Source of the DNA: the human T2T-CHM13v2.0 reference genome, Homo sapiens
Assembly (NCBI RefSeq): GCF_009914755.1
Contig: NC_060936.1
Reading direction: 5' to 3' (one strand)
DNA: 64,000 bases
In this document: positions 42,896-57,476 of the stretch, one piece after another
How positions within the stretch are numbered: position 1 is the stretch's first letter
Layout: each line of letters starts with the position of its first letter
Position numbers and translations under genes: made by a program
Notes under the pieces: generated by a model
Told to the model about the DNA's origin: nothing
Database searches by the model: none
Seen by the model: the letters and a program-made list of their open reading frames with translations, nothing else

Positions 42896-45642
42896 AATTT
42901 AACTCTTTATATTTGATTTTTTGCTCCTGTTTCTCTGGAAATTAAACATGTAAAGAAGGTGAGATGGCTGACTGTTGGCTAACAGTTCTAGAAATACATG
43001 TACAGCTGGAAATGCTTGTTCTCTCTTTCCCCATTTCAGCCTTAGAAAGGGGAGAGAATAAAGATAGGGGTACTGAATAAGTTAAGTATGATCTAAGTTG
43101 GATAAAAGAACCCAGGTTTATAGAAGCCAACATCTATTGGATCCAAACACTCTTAGAGGTTTGAGCTTCTGAATAGATTGGCGCATTCCAGATTCAATTT
43201 GTAGTGCCTCACAGACCATTATATTTTCTAATTAAGAGCAACAGAATAATTAGACCTTGGTACTATTCTGAATTCCCACCTTAAAAGATTAATTCTACAG
43301 AGGAACTGTTTAAAAGACACTTATAACTTACTGAGTGTCTTTCCAAAAGACAATTTATTTTTCTTTCCCCTTACCATTAATGCCAAAAAAAAGTTTAGAA
43401 GAAACGTTATATTAACAAGTAGGTACATTTATTCCAGATAATTTATGGAATTAGCATTTTACATATAATGGCAAAAAAATAGGCTTTCTTGGTTTCTTAG
43501 TGCGATTATTTTCATTTGTATTGAACCTTTAGGGGCTTTAGTTTACAACTTTAACCTGATATCTGGCACTTTTAAGTCTAATGTTAATTTTCACTAAACC
43601 TCAGGTCTATACATTTCTAAGTATAGCCCTCAGATTTACAATCTTTCTTTCCTCTCCTCCTTCTTTCTTTTTCTTGTTCTTTATTATCTATTTAAAAAAA
43701 ATTTTTATTATGAAAACAATATACCAACAATGAGTCTTCTTTTTAAAAAATTGCTACATAATATTTTGTCAGGTGAATATATTATGTATAATAGAATACT
43801 GTCACATGCATAACATTCCGTCAGTCTCCTGTTGGTTATTCCAGTTCTCGCTTTTTTTCTTCCACTATGTTGGATGACACTGCAGTGATACACATATAAT
43901 TATTCTCTCCTTCTAGATCAGTAGGATAAATTCCTAGGAGTAGGAGTTCTGGGTCAAAGAATATGAATATTTTTATGTCTTCTAATATGTGTTGTTGCCA
44001 AATCACTTTCTCTTTTAAGGTTTATGTCAGTTTATACTGCCACCAGGAGTATCATGCCTGGATTATTGATGTCCATTCCTCACAGGGCATTATGTCCTTA
44101 GTCTTGCTTTCCTTTAATCTGGCCTGTGAGCTACCGCCCAAAATGTTCTACCAGAATGCTGGTCTCACACCTCCGTCGTAGTCTTCCCCTGGTTGCCTGT
44201 CACCTATTTGCCAATTCAGGTGTAAATTTTAAAATCCATGCCCTTACCACCTGAGTTCATTCCTTTTAATTGTTTTGCATCTATATTCGAGGCAGCCTCC
44301 CTCCCTCAAATGGCCACTCTCTCCTACCTCTGAGTCTTCCCTCTGATCATTTCTTACATTCAGAACTTCTTTTCTGCCAACATTTCTCTATCTTCTTTAA
44401 TTTAAAAAATTGCTGCTTCTACAAAGATGTCAACACAGAACCACCTGTGATGATGATATCTTTAGTACTCAGTGTACTTCACTCCTGGTGGGTTGCCAGT
44501 AAATATTTGTCAGTGTGGCTAATGAGAGAAAGAAAAAAGAAAAAGTGGAGAGATTTTTGGTGGAGATTTTTGTTTTTTAATAGAAAGGCTTAGAATTCTT
44601 AAGAGTACTTGGTTCTCCTGAATAAAACTTCAGAGGAGAATGAGGAATTCTGTGCTCTATTTTTGGGGTACCATTGTTCTTTCTGTGATCATGGGCAAGC
44701 CAACTTATTCTGTCTTCTATTCCCCTCTACTTCAGCTACAGAGTAGAAAATATAGTATTGCCAATCATTGCAGAAGAGTCATGACACTCTCTGCCTTTCC
44801 AGTTATTTTTTCCTCATAATCATTGGCATCATCATCATTATATCCCTAATATTTACTGAGTATTGCTACTTGCCAGCACTGAGATTGTGCTTTATATACA
44901 TGCCTTAGCTTTTTTTTAACTGTCACAGTCTCTCTATGAACTAGGTACACCCTGTTTTCAGATGAGAAACTCAGTTCCAGAGAGTTTACTTGCTTAAGGT
45001 CACAGCTAGTAGGTGGTGGAGCCACCATGATTTAAACTCTTATTCTTATTGAATTACTTTTCTGAAATATCAAACCATCAAGTCTTCCCTATCCACAGTT
45101 CTCTGATGATTTCTTATTGCATATGAAAAAGAAAGTATAAACTCAGCAGCATCGGAAGGCCCTTCCAAATCACTGTCCAGTCTACTTTTCCATTCTCTTC
45201 TTCCTCCATGCCCCACCCCAAACGTATGTCCTGTGTTCCAGTCTCACAAAGTTGCTTATTTCACAAATATATCATATAGTTTCACACATTCGAGCCTTTG
45301 TTTTTGTTCCTGGAATGCATTCCATTTGCCTCTGGCAAACTCCTGTTTATCCCTCACGATCCAACACAAATGCTCTGTATTCTGTGAAAGCCATTCCGGA
45401 TTTTCCTGGGCAGTTAGTGGCTTGGTTTGCTGTGCTCCTTTGTATATATATCTGCTGTAGTCTTTTCACACTGCTTTATAACTATTTGTTTACATGCCTG
45501 TCTCCCTTACTTTAATAAGAATATTGAGATACGGGAAGGCAACATTTTTTACAGGGACATTATTTTAGATGCTATTAAACGTAGCCAAAATTAAAAAATA
45601 CATGTATTTAAAATGACATTGTTTCCCTTTTTTCCCCCTCAG

Positions 45643-45690
45643 CATAGGGCTACTTTCAAATTTGAATCAACAGATGAAGATAAAAGAAAG
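45643..45690 (+). CDS. RIC8B: RIC8B exon 2 (48 nt): HRATFKFESTDEDKRK
   Basis: Polypyrimidine tract tttccctttttt ccccctcag|CAT and donor AAG|gtaagc; phase 0/0, in frame with exon 1. Confidence 0.94.
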
Positions 45691-46037
45691 GTAAGCCTTG
45701 GTGTTGCTCTGTGAATGTTTATGTGTGTGTGTATTGCATTCATGGACTTTCTAAGCAGTGGTCATGTTTTCATCTGATGGTTATTGATTGGTTTCTTGTT
45801 TCCCTTCATTTTGTTTTTTAGGAACCCTGAGAAGAAAGGTTAGGTTAGGTTTAGTTTGGGTTACACGTAACTCTTTCCTCCTTTGTCCTCGCAGGACTAT
45901 TAACACTTGTATAAATCAGGGGAGTGGGAGGGATTCAGAGGAGTCTCTTCCCAGATCTACTCACTCCCAAAGACTGACTGTTTAGTGGCAAGACTCCAGG
46001 TTGCCCAAAATCCATTGCTAATATTACAAAACTTAGC

Positions 46038-46308
46038 TTGAGGCAAGGTCTCGCTCTATCACCCAGGTTGGAGTGCAGTGGCTCACTGTAACCCCAGACT
46101 CCTGGGCTCAGGCAGTCCTCCTGCCTCAGCCTCCCAGTAGCTAGAGCTACAGGCACACACCAGCATGCCCATTTTAAAATTTTTTTGTAGAGACAGGGTC
46201 TCATCATGTTGCCCATGCTGGTCTATTGAGCTTCTGGCCTTAAGTGATCCCTCCTGCCTTAACCTCCCAAAGTGCTGGGATTACAGGTGTGAGCTACCAT
46301 GCCTGGCC
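46038..46308 (-). mobile_element. AluJ-type lacking an A tail, ~350 bp after RIC8B exon 2
   Basis: ttgaggcaaggtctcgctctatcacccagg...ccatgcctggcc. Confidence 0.88.
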
Positions 46309-46469
46309 CTGCCTTTGTGTCTTGCTGTACTCCGTACATCTATCCCTGGCTATACAAATGCCAGAACCAAACAAGAGAGTATGACTGAATCAGTGTAAAT
46401 CTATCACTGCTGCTAGAAAAATAGCTTAAATCCAGTATTTTGCTAGTAGTGGGTTGACAGTGCCTTGAA

Positions 46470-47215
46470 ATCATTCCTCCATTCACCTGTATCCCCATAC
46501 CTAATATCAGTGTCTTGCTCATTTTACGTTTTCAGATTTCTTCCATCCATTTTCTCCTTAACCTCTGCTCTAATTCAGGCCTACATCTGATTACTGCATC
46601 AGTTTCCTGACTGTTCTTTCATTTTCCAGTTACATGCTTTTCTAGTAGATTGGCATCCATAAATCCAAAATAACAATCTGACCATGTCATCCTTAGCCTT
46701 AAAACCCTTCATCTATCCCTTCATTGACTTTCTTTACCTACAGAATAAACTTCAAGCTTCTTAACATGACATGCTGGGTGCTCAGTGATCTGTCATATGC
46801 CTACTTTCGCAGCTTATTTCTTTTCTCTCCCTTGTATTTTGTGTTTTAGAAATAGAAAATGTTTCCAGTTATGCACACATCCACATCCCTTCTGTTTCTT
46901 GCTTACTACTTTTGCAATATATTGTTTTCTACCTAGAGTGCTCTCTCCCTCTTGTACACCTCTTCTTTTTCTCACCTGGTGAATCCCTACTCACCTCAGG
47001 GGCACCTCCTTCAGCAAGCCTCCTCTGACATTCCAGTTAAGGTGAAGTACCTCTTCAATATTCTCATAATACTCTATATAAATCTCTAAATTAATATTTA
47101 TGCCTTGTTTCTTAATTATATATCTGTTGATGTTAGACACTGGTATCTTTATACACTTGACATTTGGAGTGCCCAGCACATAATAGGCACTCAAAAAGTA
47201 TTTATTGGATGAGTG
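46470..47215 (+). mobile_element. L2 3' fragment
   Basis: tctgaccatgtcatcc...aaacccttca...gtgcccagcacataataggcactcaaaaagtatttattggatgagtga. Confidence 0.65.
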
Positions 47216-47427
47216 ACCATGGAATATAAATTTTGTAGATTAAAGGTTTAACTCTGACTTTCTTTTGGATTTGAACAATGTAACCAAGACTAGAATACCT
47301 TTTTAGAACAGGGATTCTCAACTAGGGATATGCTCTTTGGAGAGCTTTTTCAAAATAGCCCTGCTCAGGCCCAACCTCTTATCTACCGAGTGAGAATTTG
47401 GGAGGTGAGCTCCAGACATGTGTATTC

Positions 47428-47432
<5 letters not shown>

Positions 47433-47477
<45 letters not shown>

Positions 47478-47482
47478 TGTGT
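47433..47482 (+). repeat. (CT)n(GT)n compound microsatellite
   Basis: Read directly. Confidence 0.95.
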
Positions 47483-47500
47483 ATAAAGTATATAAATTAT

Positions 47501-48082
<582 letters not shown>

Positions 48083-49134
48083 CCAATGTGTATTTTTATA
48101 GATGGTCTTCAGGAAATAAATACTCATATATCTGATGGGAGTGCAAAATGGCACAATCCCTATGGGGAAGAAACTGGCAGTGTCTACCAAAATTACAGAT
48201 ACGTTTTACTCTTTCACCAAGAAGTGTCTCTTTTAGAAATCTATTCTGCAGATAGATTGAACCCCAAGTAAGCAAAGTTATTCACTGAAACATTGTACAT
48301 AATAGCAAAAGATTGGAAACAAGTGTCCAGCATTTAAGGAGTGTTTGAAGAAACTATGGCTCATTTACATTATGGAATATTATGATGTAGTAGAAAGAGA
48401 TTTGCTGTATGTGCTAATGAGAGAGTGAAAAAAAAAAAGCAAGGTGTTAAAAAGAACATGTTGTTTGACAAACTCATGATAAGTATTCAGGCTAGGAAGC
48501 CAGCTGCTATTTATTTAATTTCATTGGAAGATCCATACTATATCCATAGATTCATGGTGCCTTAGAAATCTGACATTAGAGTCTTTGGTAGTGCTTTTAC
48601 TGGTAAATACAAGCATATTAAGACAGAGTCTCCTACCCCATATAAATTTCAGGTGAAAGGGAGAAATTTCTTTCACAGTTATTAATAAAATGTGTTTATT
48701 TCCAATAGGGTAGTAGAAAAAAACTAACATTTTCAAAGTACTGTCTTTTTCTGAGTTTTAGATTTCTGAAGAGAGTAACTACTCTGTAGTGCTTATTACC
48801 AGTTACAGTGTGTAGGTTTCTGCTTCCTGGGAGGTCTGTTATAAACAAATGTCATTAGGGACCTAGCCAGGTAATCTTCATTAATGGGAAAACATCAACA
48901 AACAAATTCATTTCTGTGAAGTCTCCAGGGGTTAAAACCATTTGTGACTCTTTCATGCCTAAGGCTCTTTTTAGACTTAGACATCAGAACTATTGGACAG
49001 CTCAGAAGGATCTATACCTTAATAAGCTTTTCAAGTTCTTAATGGAGAGACATATAGAATATAGGCATTTCTGTACCTTAAGCCTACTCAGAAAATAAAA
49101 GGAAGTCACATTACTGCCCAATTCGTTTGCTCCC

Positions 49135-51387
49135 TATATTCGTTTTCACACTGCTGATAAAGACATACCTGAGACTGGGAAGAAAAAGAGGTTTAATTGG
49201 ACTTAGAATTGCACGTGGCTGGGGAGGCCTCAGAATCATGGTGGGAGGTGAAAGGCCCTGCTTGCATGGTGGTGGCAAGAGAGAAAAATGAGGAAGATGC
49301 AAAAGTGGAAACCCCCGATAAGCCCATCAGATCCTGTGAGACTTATTCACTACCACGAGAACAGTATGGGGGAAACTGCCCCATGATTCAAATTATCTCC
49401 CACCATGCTCCTCCCACAGTGCGTGGGAATTACGGGAGTACAATTCAAGATGAGGTTTGGGTGAGGACACAGAGCCAAACCATATCATTCTGCCTCTGGC
49501 CCCTCCAAATCTCATGTTCTCACATTTCAAAACCAATTATGCCTTTCCAACAGTCCCCCAAAGTCTTAACTCATTTCAGCGTTAACCCAAAAGTCCACAG
49601 TCCAAAGTCTCATCTGAGACAAGGCAAGTCCCTTCCGCCTATGAGCCTGTAAAATCAAAAGCAAGCTAGTTACTTCCTAGATACAGTGGGGGTACAGGCA
49701 TTGGGTAAATACAGCCATTCCAAATGGGAGAAATTGACCAAAACAAAGGGGTTACAGGGCCCATGCAAGTCTGAAATCCAGCAGGGCAGTAAAATTTTAA
49801 AGCTCCAAAATGATCTCCTTTGACTTCATGTCTCACATCTAGGTCACGGTGATTCAAGAGGTAGGTTCCCATAGTCTTGGGCAGCTCCACGCCTGTGGCT
49901 TTGCAGGGTATAGCTCCACACCTGGCTGTTTTCACAGGCTGGTGTTCAGTGTCTGCGGCTCTTCCAGGTGCAGGGTGCAAGCTGTCAGTGATCTACCATT
50001 CTGGGGTTTGGAGGATGGTGGCCCTCTTCTCACAGCTCTACTAGGCGGTGCCCCAGTAGGGACTCCGTGTGGGGGCTCTGAAGCCACATTTCCCTTCTGC
50101 ACTGCCCTAGCAGAGGTTCTCCATGAGGGCCCCGCCCCTGCAGCAAACTTTTGCCTGGGCATCCAGGCCTTTCTGTACATCTTCTGAAATATAGGTGGAG
50201 GTTCCCAAACCTCAATTCTTGACTTCTGTGCACCCACAGGCTCAACACCACATGGAAGCTGCCAAGGTCTAGGGCTTGTACCCCCTGAAACCATGGGCTG
50301 AGCTGTCCCTTGGGCCCTTTTAGCAATGGCTGGAGCATCTGGGACTCAGGGCACCAAGTCCCTAGGCTGCACACAGCCAGGGACACTGGGCCCGGCCCAT
50401 TAAACCATTTTTCCCTCCTAGGCTTCCGGGTCTGTAATGGGAGGGGCTGCATTAAGACCTATGACATGCCCTGGAGACATTTTCCCCATTTTCTTGGGGA
50501 TTAACATTTGGCTCCTCATTAGTTTCACAATTTCTGCAACCAGCTTGAATTTCTCCTCAGAAAATGGGTTTTTCTTTTCTACTGCATTGTCAAGCTGCAA
50601 AGTTTCTGAATTTTTATGCTGTGTTTCCCTTTTAAAGTGGAATGCTTTTAACAGCACCCAAGTCACCTCTTGAATGTGTTGCTGCTTAGAAATTTCTCCT
50701 GCCAGATATCCTAAATCATCTCTCTCAAGTTCAAAGTTCCACAGATCTCTAGGGCAGGGGCAAAATGCCACCAGTCCCTTTGCTAAAACATGACAAGAGT
50801 CACCTTTGCTCCACTTGCAACAAGTTTCCTCATCTCCATCTGAGACCACCTCATCCTGGACCTTATTGTTCTTATCACTATCAGCATTTTTGTCAAAGCC
50901 ATTCAACAAGTCTCTAGGAGGTTCCAAACTTTCCCACATTGTCCTGTCTTCTGAGCCCTCCAAACTGTTCCAACCTCTGCCTGATACCTAGTTCCAAAGT
51001 TGCTTCCATATTTTCGGGTATCTTTTCAGCAACACCCCACTCTACTGGTACCAACTTAACATACTAGTCCATTTTCACACGGCTAATAAAGACATACCCG
51101 AGACTGGGAAGAAAAAGCAGTTTAATTGGACTTAAAATTCCACATGGCTGGGGAGGCCTCAAAATTATGGTGGGAGGCGAAAGGTACTTCTTACATGGTG
51201 GTGGCAAGAGAGAATGAGATAAACCCATCAGCTTTCATGAGACTAATTCATTACCACGAGAACAGTATGGGGGAAACCGCCCCCATGATTCAAATTATCT
51301 CTCAGCAGGTGCCTCCCACAACATACGGGAATTATGGGAGCACAATTCAAGATGAGATTTGGGTGGGGACACAGCCAAACCATATCA
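49135..51387 (-). mobile_element. Full-length THE1 (MaLR) provirus: 5' LTR 51387-51060, internal 51059-49488, 3' LTR 49487-49135
   Basis: Two homologous LTRs ending ...ccaaaccatatca, perfect 5-bp TSD CTCCC (49130-49134, 51388-51392), a purine tract before the 3' LTR, and MaLR-int ORF remnants (50418..50963, 49932..50294). Confidence 0.93.
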
Positions 51388-54289
51388 CTCCCCTCGTTCT
51401 CTTTCCTAAATGTGTTTTTGGAGCTCTATGCCAGCAACTACTTAGTAACAGCGGGACATTTTTTGGTAAACTACATTGCTATCTCTTTGAAAAACACTAA
51501 CCCCTCTTATATGAAAAATCTTTGTGACAACTTAGAAGTAAGTGTAAGGGAACAGTGCCCTTCAAAAAAAAAAAAACTTGATTATACTGTGCTTTTTAGG
51601 AGATAATTATAAATTAATGATCTTTAGACCTAATTCCTGACACTTATATAGTGTTTTGCAGTTTTACAAAGATTTGCTTCTTACCGGTAGTGCTGTAAGT
51701 ATGGTAAGAATATCACCATTCCTATCTTATGAATAAGGAAACTGAGGCTCATATGAATGACAGCTTGCTAACACTCACACCACTAGTTAGTGGTTCAGCC
51801 TCACATAGACAGCAGATTATCTATTATGTGCAGCTCCTTCACTGCTCACTGCTCAATAGCTCCCTCTTATTACCATTGAGGTATATTTCAGAAGGCTTGA
51901 AATTATCATCCAGTACCTTGTTTTCTCTCATTTTATACCTTGAGAAACCATTTAGGTAACTAGATTTAAGTTGGAAGATAGCAAAGGAAATTAGCAACTA
52001 GAAGTGCTTACATTTTTCTAGAGAAGTAAAGTCAGATACAACGGCTAATGTTTGTGCATATAATGCAAATAGTTCCAGGTGCATGTGGATCATTGTATAC
52101 TTAGATAAAAGCACCTGTGTTTATTGAAGCATTTGCTTTATATTCTGTACCTAAATTGGTAGGCTGTGATTATCTACCAGCACATAAACAAATATGTCAT
52201 GCAAATATGTAGGATTGGTGGGGAGGATATAATGAATAATCTGAAAATTCACATGTTGAGGAAATGAAAGCTCTTAAACAAAAAGCTTTAAAACAAAACT
52301 GACCTCAAAACCAATAAAGAGTACTAATTGCAATAAGTTTTGGAAGAGACATATCATAAAATGATTAAAAGATTTCCAGCTCTTTCACATATAAGAATAC
52401 AGCCTTATCAAATGTGGAAAATTTCAGTTGTCTGAGATAAATCTTTGTGTATATAGTAATTTTCCTCAAAAGAGTAAAGTTAAAAGTAGCCAAATATCAA
52501 GCATATTTTATTACCTTCAAATTCACACAGCCCATATTTCTGTGAAGCCGTAAGGTAATTGTCAAGTTGAGATTGCAAGCTCTTTGAGGACAAGAACTCT
52601 AGCTTACTTTATATTTTCAGCAAAATAGGCACCTATAATAAATGCTTGTTAACTGAATGAAAAGAACTTGGTGAGTGAGTGGAGGCCAGAATTCCTGTGA
52701 CTTGTACATATTGTTTGGTTTTGTGTTCTATATTATTTTAGCTATAAAGTAGAATCCCAAGCACAGCTCATGTTGTTCACTGAAAAAGCAGGATACAGTG
52801 CAAAAGTATGCATACAGTATGATCACAGCCACGTAAAACTGATAAAAACCATACAAAGAAAAAATGGTGACAAGGAGATAAATGGCAGCCACCTGTATAG
52901 TTATTACTGTGGATATTTTTCTTTTCTGTTTTTTAAACTGTTCTTTTATATTACAATAGATTATAATGATATAAGCATAGGTTCATTATATAATTATAAC
53001 GTTACAATATACTGTTACAATAGTGTGATTGGAGTTATAAGCGAAGGACTAATATTTCTTTTTTCAAATCATGTATTTTCTCTAAAATTGGCCTTCTTGA
53101 TTACGTATTCCTTTTGGGAGAGCATAAAAAACTCTTACTCAGTTTGGGGCAGTATTATCGGCAGAGCCAGTTTATGGAGTGAAATATATATAAACACAAA
53201 AGTTCATTCTGCCATTTCAAATACTTTTTTCTTTTTTTCCCCCAGACACAAATGTATTTAGCATATTAGAGATCTCTGTAATCCACAAATGTTTTCTCAG
53301 TAAATCCTGTATTCCTGGCCTTGTGTTAGGCCTTGGCTCCTAAGTTGGCTTTTTGTCCATGGTGTTTGGTTTGGCACTTTCTCAATTATAGATGCATGCT
53401 GAGGCTTGCCATTGTGGACTATAGAAAATGAATGGGTAAATTTCTATATTAGATTCCCCCAAGGAATATGTGCCAAAATAGAATCATTAATCCTAGACTG
53501 TGAATCCATGCTTTGGAATAGCTTGAGGAATGGATGCTTGTTCTAAAAGCCCTTTGTCCTTATTTTGGTCATTTGGAATTGTCACACTCCAGTTTTTACT
53601 AAAATAAAATAAGCTTTGTATGCTTTGCAAATTTGACTCAAAATTTATTTGGTGTCTTTGCTTGAGGGAATGTTTTGTTACATAGTGCAAGTACAGTTCT
53701 CACTTAGAAACCAGTAATTTTCAACATCTTCATCTCTTTAAAATAATTGCACACAATACCAAAAGTACATCTAAACCTTTTACTTTTTAAAGTTCCTGTC
53801 CAGCTGGAATCTGACACAAGACTTGACTTAGGTCTGAGTTGTATCATAGGGCAGGATGAATGCTTCACGGTAGGTCAAAAAAACAATTTAAACTTCATTC
53901 CAAATTCCACTTTTAGTTTTAGATGTTTTCCATGGCACTGGAGGAGTAAATCTAGAAAGCAAGGACAGGACAGCCCTGACTTAGTAAGCCACAGGTATGG
54001 CAGTCTATACATGATCGTTGGATCACTTTTTAAGATTTCTGTCTGGGATAATAAGAATACTATCTCTGATTTGTACTTTAGAGTTTCAGGTGCATTTTCT
54101 CATATAGAGATTTCATCAAGAAGTTCCGCTTCCAGCCATGACAGTGTGAAGATCTCTACAGATCTGCTCCCTAATGGAACTGGTAAAAATTATTTTTAAG
54201 AACAACCATTTAAAGTCTGGAAATAGTCCCAAAGGCATACAGTCAATGAAGAAACACCTATTCAAAAAAATCTAAAAGTAAGAAAAGTG

Positions 54290-54449
54290 GGCCGGATGCT
54301 GTGTCTCACTCTTGTAATCCCAGCTACTTGGGTGGCTTGAGGAGAGAGGATTGCTTGAGTCTAGGAATCTGACACTGTGGTGAGCTATGATCACGCCACT
54401 GCACTCCAGCATGGGTGACAGAGTGAGACCCTATCTCTAAGGAAAAAAA
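54290..54449 (+). mobile_element. Alu monomer (FRAM-like)
   Basis: ggccggatgctgtgtctcactcttgtaatcccagctacttggg...gagtgagaccctatctc. Confidence 0.8.
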
Positions 54450-56895
54450 GCAAGGAAAGTGAAAGTCTGTGTTATTTGAACCAAGACCTGTTCTCCCTCT
54501 CTTCTCTTGGCTAAGTGAGATAGAACTCTTCTCCAAACTGGTGCAGGGAAGAATATACGGTTCCCTTTCCCTCTAGTCCCAGTTGGAGTGCTGTCTTCAC
54601 AGGAGTGATGGAATGTCAGCATTTCTCATCCTGCCCCCAGCTACCTGTTGCTGAAACTAAATTCTGGATAAGTGTAGCTGAGAGGTGGGTCTTACCTCCT
54701 TCCATTCTGCCCTTCCTCATGGGATAGCAGCTGTACCTTGGATGTGACACTGCTGAGAATACCGGGGCCACAGTCATCCTGGTGGCGGAACATGGTTCCA
54801 CCCCAGGAAAAGCAAACCAAGGAGATCAAGGGTTGCTGTACCTTTACTTCAGTTGAGCTGTCAGCCCTAAAGTGAGGGTGTCACACAGAAGCATACCATT
54901 GTCTCTGCCCCCAGCATCAGCACCAGGGCTCAGAAATTTTGTCCAGGGGAAGAAGCAAGCCTTATAAAAGAGAGTGCTGAATGTCTCCTCAAAGGAACTG
55001 ACTTCATTTGCACAGAATATGGAGAAGTTCATGCCTAAGGGTGCAGGTTGTGATGAAAGGCACTTGGGGTGACATTAACACAGTCATTGGAGATATAGGT
55101 TAACCCAAAGGCCAGCTACTTTGCTAGGAGGAATGGGATAACTGAGCTAGATTGCTAGAGTGAAAGGAGGAAAGTGGTAGCTGGGAGGAACTATCCCTTC
55201 AAAAGATTGGATCTGTTTGTGGAGCAATTTTTGCCCCAGGACATTTTTGAAGACAGTAGATCAGTCAACCAGCAATTAGTGTCACATAAGAGCTGTGTGT
55301 GATCAGGAAAAGAGAAAGTCAGAGGGGTCTGCCAAAGCCACTGTCATCCCAGTGCAACTGTGGACATACCCAATGGTGTGCCCTATAAGGTGCAACATTA
55401 GGGCTTCACACTTTGAGGAAGCAGAGAGAGAATAGACTGCTAAGATAATTTAGCCAGTCACTAAACAAATAAACAAATACAATAGCAACTCCTGGAGAAG
55501 GTGGGTGGAAGGGAGTGCAAATACCTAGAGTTGTTACAAGATGTCCAGTTTCCATGGGCGGGGTGGGGGTGGGGGAGGGAAGCAGGCACCAAAAACTGCC
55601 TGTATGACCAGATGTTGGATTTAACAAAGACTTCAGAGTAGCCATTATAAATATATTCAGAGAACTAAAGGAAACCATGATTAAAGAAGTAACAGATGTA
55701 ATGAAGTCACATAAAATGGAGAAATCAATACAGAGATAGAAGTTATTTTTAAAAAGAGCCCAATAGACATTCTGGAGTTGAATAAAGTACAATAACTGAA
55801 ATAAAAATTCACTGAAGGGGCTCAACAGTAGATTTGAACTGGCAGAAGAAAGAATAAGCAAACCTGAAGACACAGCAATAGAGAATATTCAAGGCAAAGA
55901 ACAGAAGAAAGAATAAAGAAAAACGAAGAGAGCCTTAGAGAATTGTGGAATAACATTTACATACCAGCCTACACATAATGGGAATACCAGAAGGAGAGGA
56001 GAGAGAAAGAAAGGAGAAGAAAAATATATTTGAAGAAATAATGGTTTAAACTTCCCAAATTTATTGGAAACCTACATATCCAGGAAGTTCAGTGAACCCA
56101 AAGAGATGCATAAATACATCATAGTAAAAATGCTAAAAGCCAAAGACGAGGAGAAAATCTTGAAAACAGCAAGAGAAAAATGACTCATCATTACAAGGGA
56201 AGGTCAATAAGATTCACAGCTGACTTATCAGAAATGTAAGTCAGTGGGATAACATATTGGAAGTGCTTAAAGAAGAAACCTCATCTAAGAATCCTGTATC
56301 TAGTAAAGCTATTTTTTAACACTGCAAGGGAGATAAAGACATTTTCAGATAAACAAAAAACTGAAAGAATTTGTTGCTAGCTGACTCACCTTACAAGACT
56401 TAATAAAACAAGTTCTTTAGACTGAAAGCAAGTAACCCTAAACAGTACTTTGAATCCACGTGAAGATATAAAGAGTACCTGTAAAGCTAATTATGTAATT
56501 GTAGAAGTCAGTATGAATACATAATTCTCCCATTTTCTGTTAATTGATTTTAAGAGCATTTGTATAAAACGATATGTATATAATGTATTGTTCAGTCAGT
56601 AATATAGAGAAATGTAATACACTTGCCAAAAACAGCACAATGGTGAATGGGAGCAAAGCTGTATTGAACTAAGGAAGCAAATCCAGATGGTAACTAGGAT
56701 CCACAAGAACAAATCAAGAAAACCAGAAATGATAAATAAGGCTAATATATCAAAAGCTATAAATGTATACTTGTTCTCCCAGCTTCTTTAAAAGACAAAA
56801 TTATAAAGTAATAATTATAATAATGTATTATTGGATTTGTAATTTTTATAGATGTATATAACAATAATACTATAGAAAAAGGGGGAAGGGAATAG

Positions 56896-57476
56896 TGAAG
56901 TAGCTACGTTGTCTGGGGTAAATACCCGTGGTTCGTCTTCTCACGCCAAGACAATTTAGGACATGGACACACACCAGGAGTTTAGGAGCGGAGGTCTAAT
57001 AGGCAAAAGAAAGAAAAGAAAACAGCTCTCTCTCTAGTGAGAGAGAGGGGACTTCTGAGAGGAAAAAGGAGCCAGCAGCGGATGTGCCAGATTTTATAGT
57101 CAGATTTGAGGAGGTGATGTCTGATTTACATAGGGCTCACAGACTGGTTCGATCAGGTATGATGTTTACATAGCGTGGGGAGGGCTGGCCGCCCCAACCT
57201 CATCTTATTATGCAAATGAACTTTCCCATTGGCCAGCACTGTCTTGTCTGCTCCTTAATGTACATGTGGCTGACAAAGAGAAGGGAAGATGGAGCCACCA
57301 TCTTGAATATGATTGGCACAACTGCTGGCATGTATGTCTGCAGCTCGATTTTACAGGCTGCTCTTTGTTAGAAAGGAAAATAATTTGGGGCTGCTTTTCA
57401 TTAAAAGGAAAACCTTACCGAGGACTTCCGTACCCTCACTATCTGCCTAAGTAATTTCTTCTTAACTCCTGTATCA
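56896..57476 (-). mobile_element. ERV1 solo LTR (LTR9-like)
   Basis: TG...CA termini; minus strand begins TGATACAGGAGTTAAGAAGAAATTACTTAGGCAGATAGTGAGGGTACG; 4-bp TSD-like ATAG/ATAA; inserted in L1M. Confidence 0.8.

Noticed and set aside
45641-45647. Second AG (ag|CATAG) at the RIC8B exon-2 acceptor as a NAGNAG
   Set aside because: The offset is 5 nt, not 3, so it would frameshift; nothing supports its use.
49197-51606. Cluster of 100-180-aa ORFs on both strands
   Set aside because: All lie within or run out of the THE1 LTRs and internal region; they are decayed MaLR sequence.
52770-54199. 163-aa and 150-aa plus-strand ORFs as possible RIC8B exon 3
   Set aside because: Composition reflects AT-rich intron or L1 remnants, with no Ric-8-like peptide. 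Exon 3 appears to lie beyond the window.
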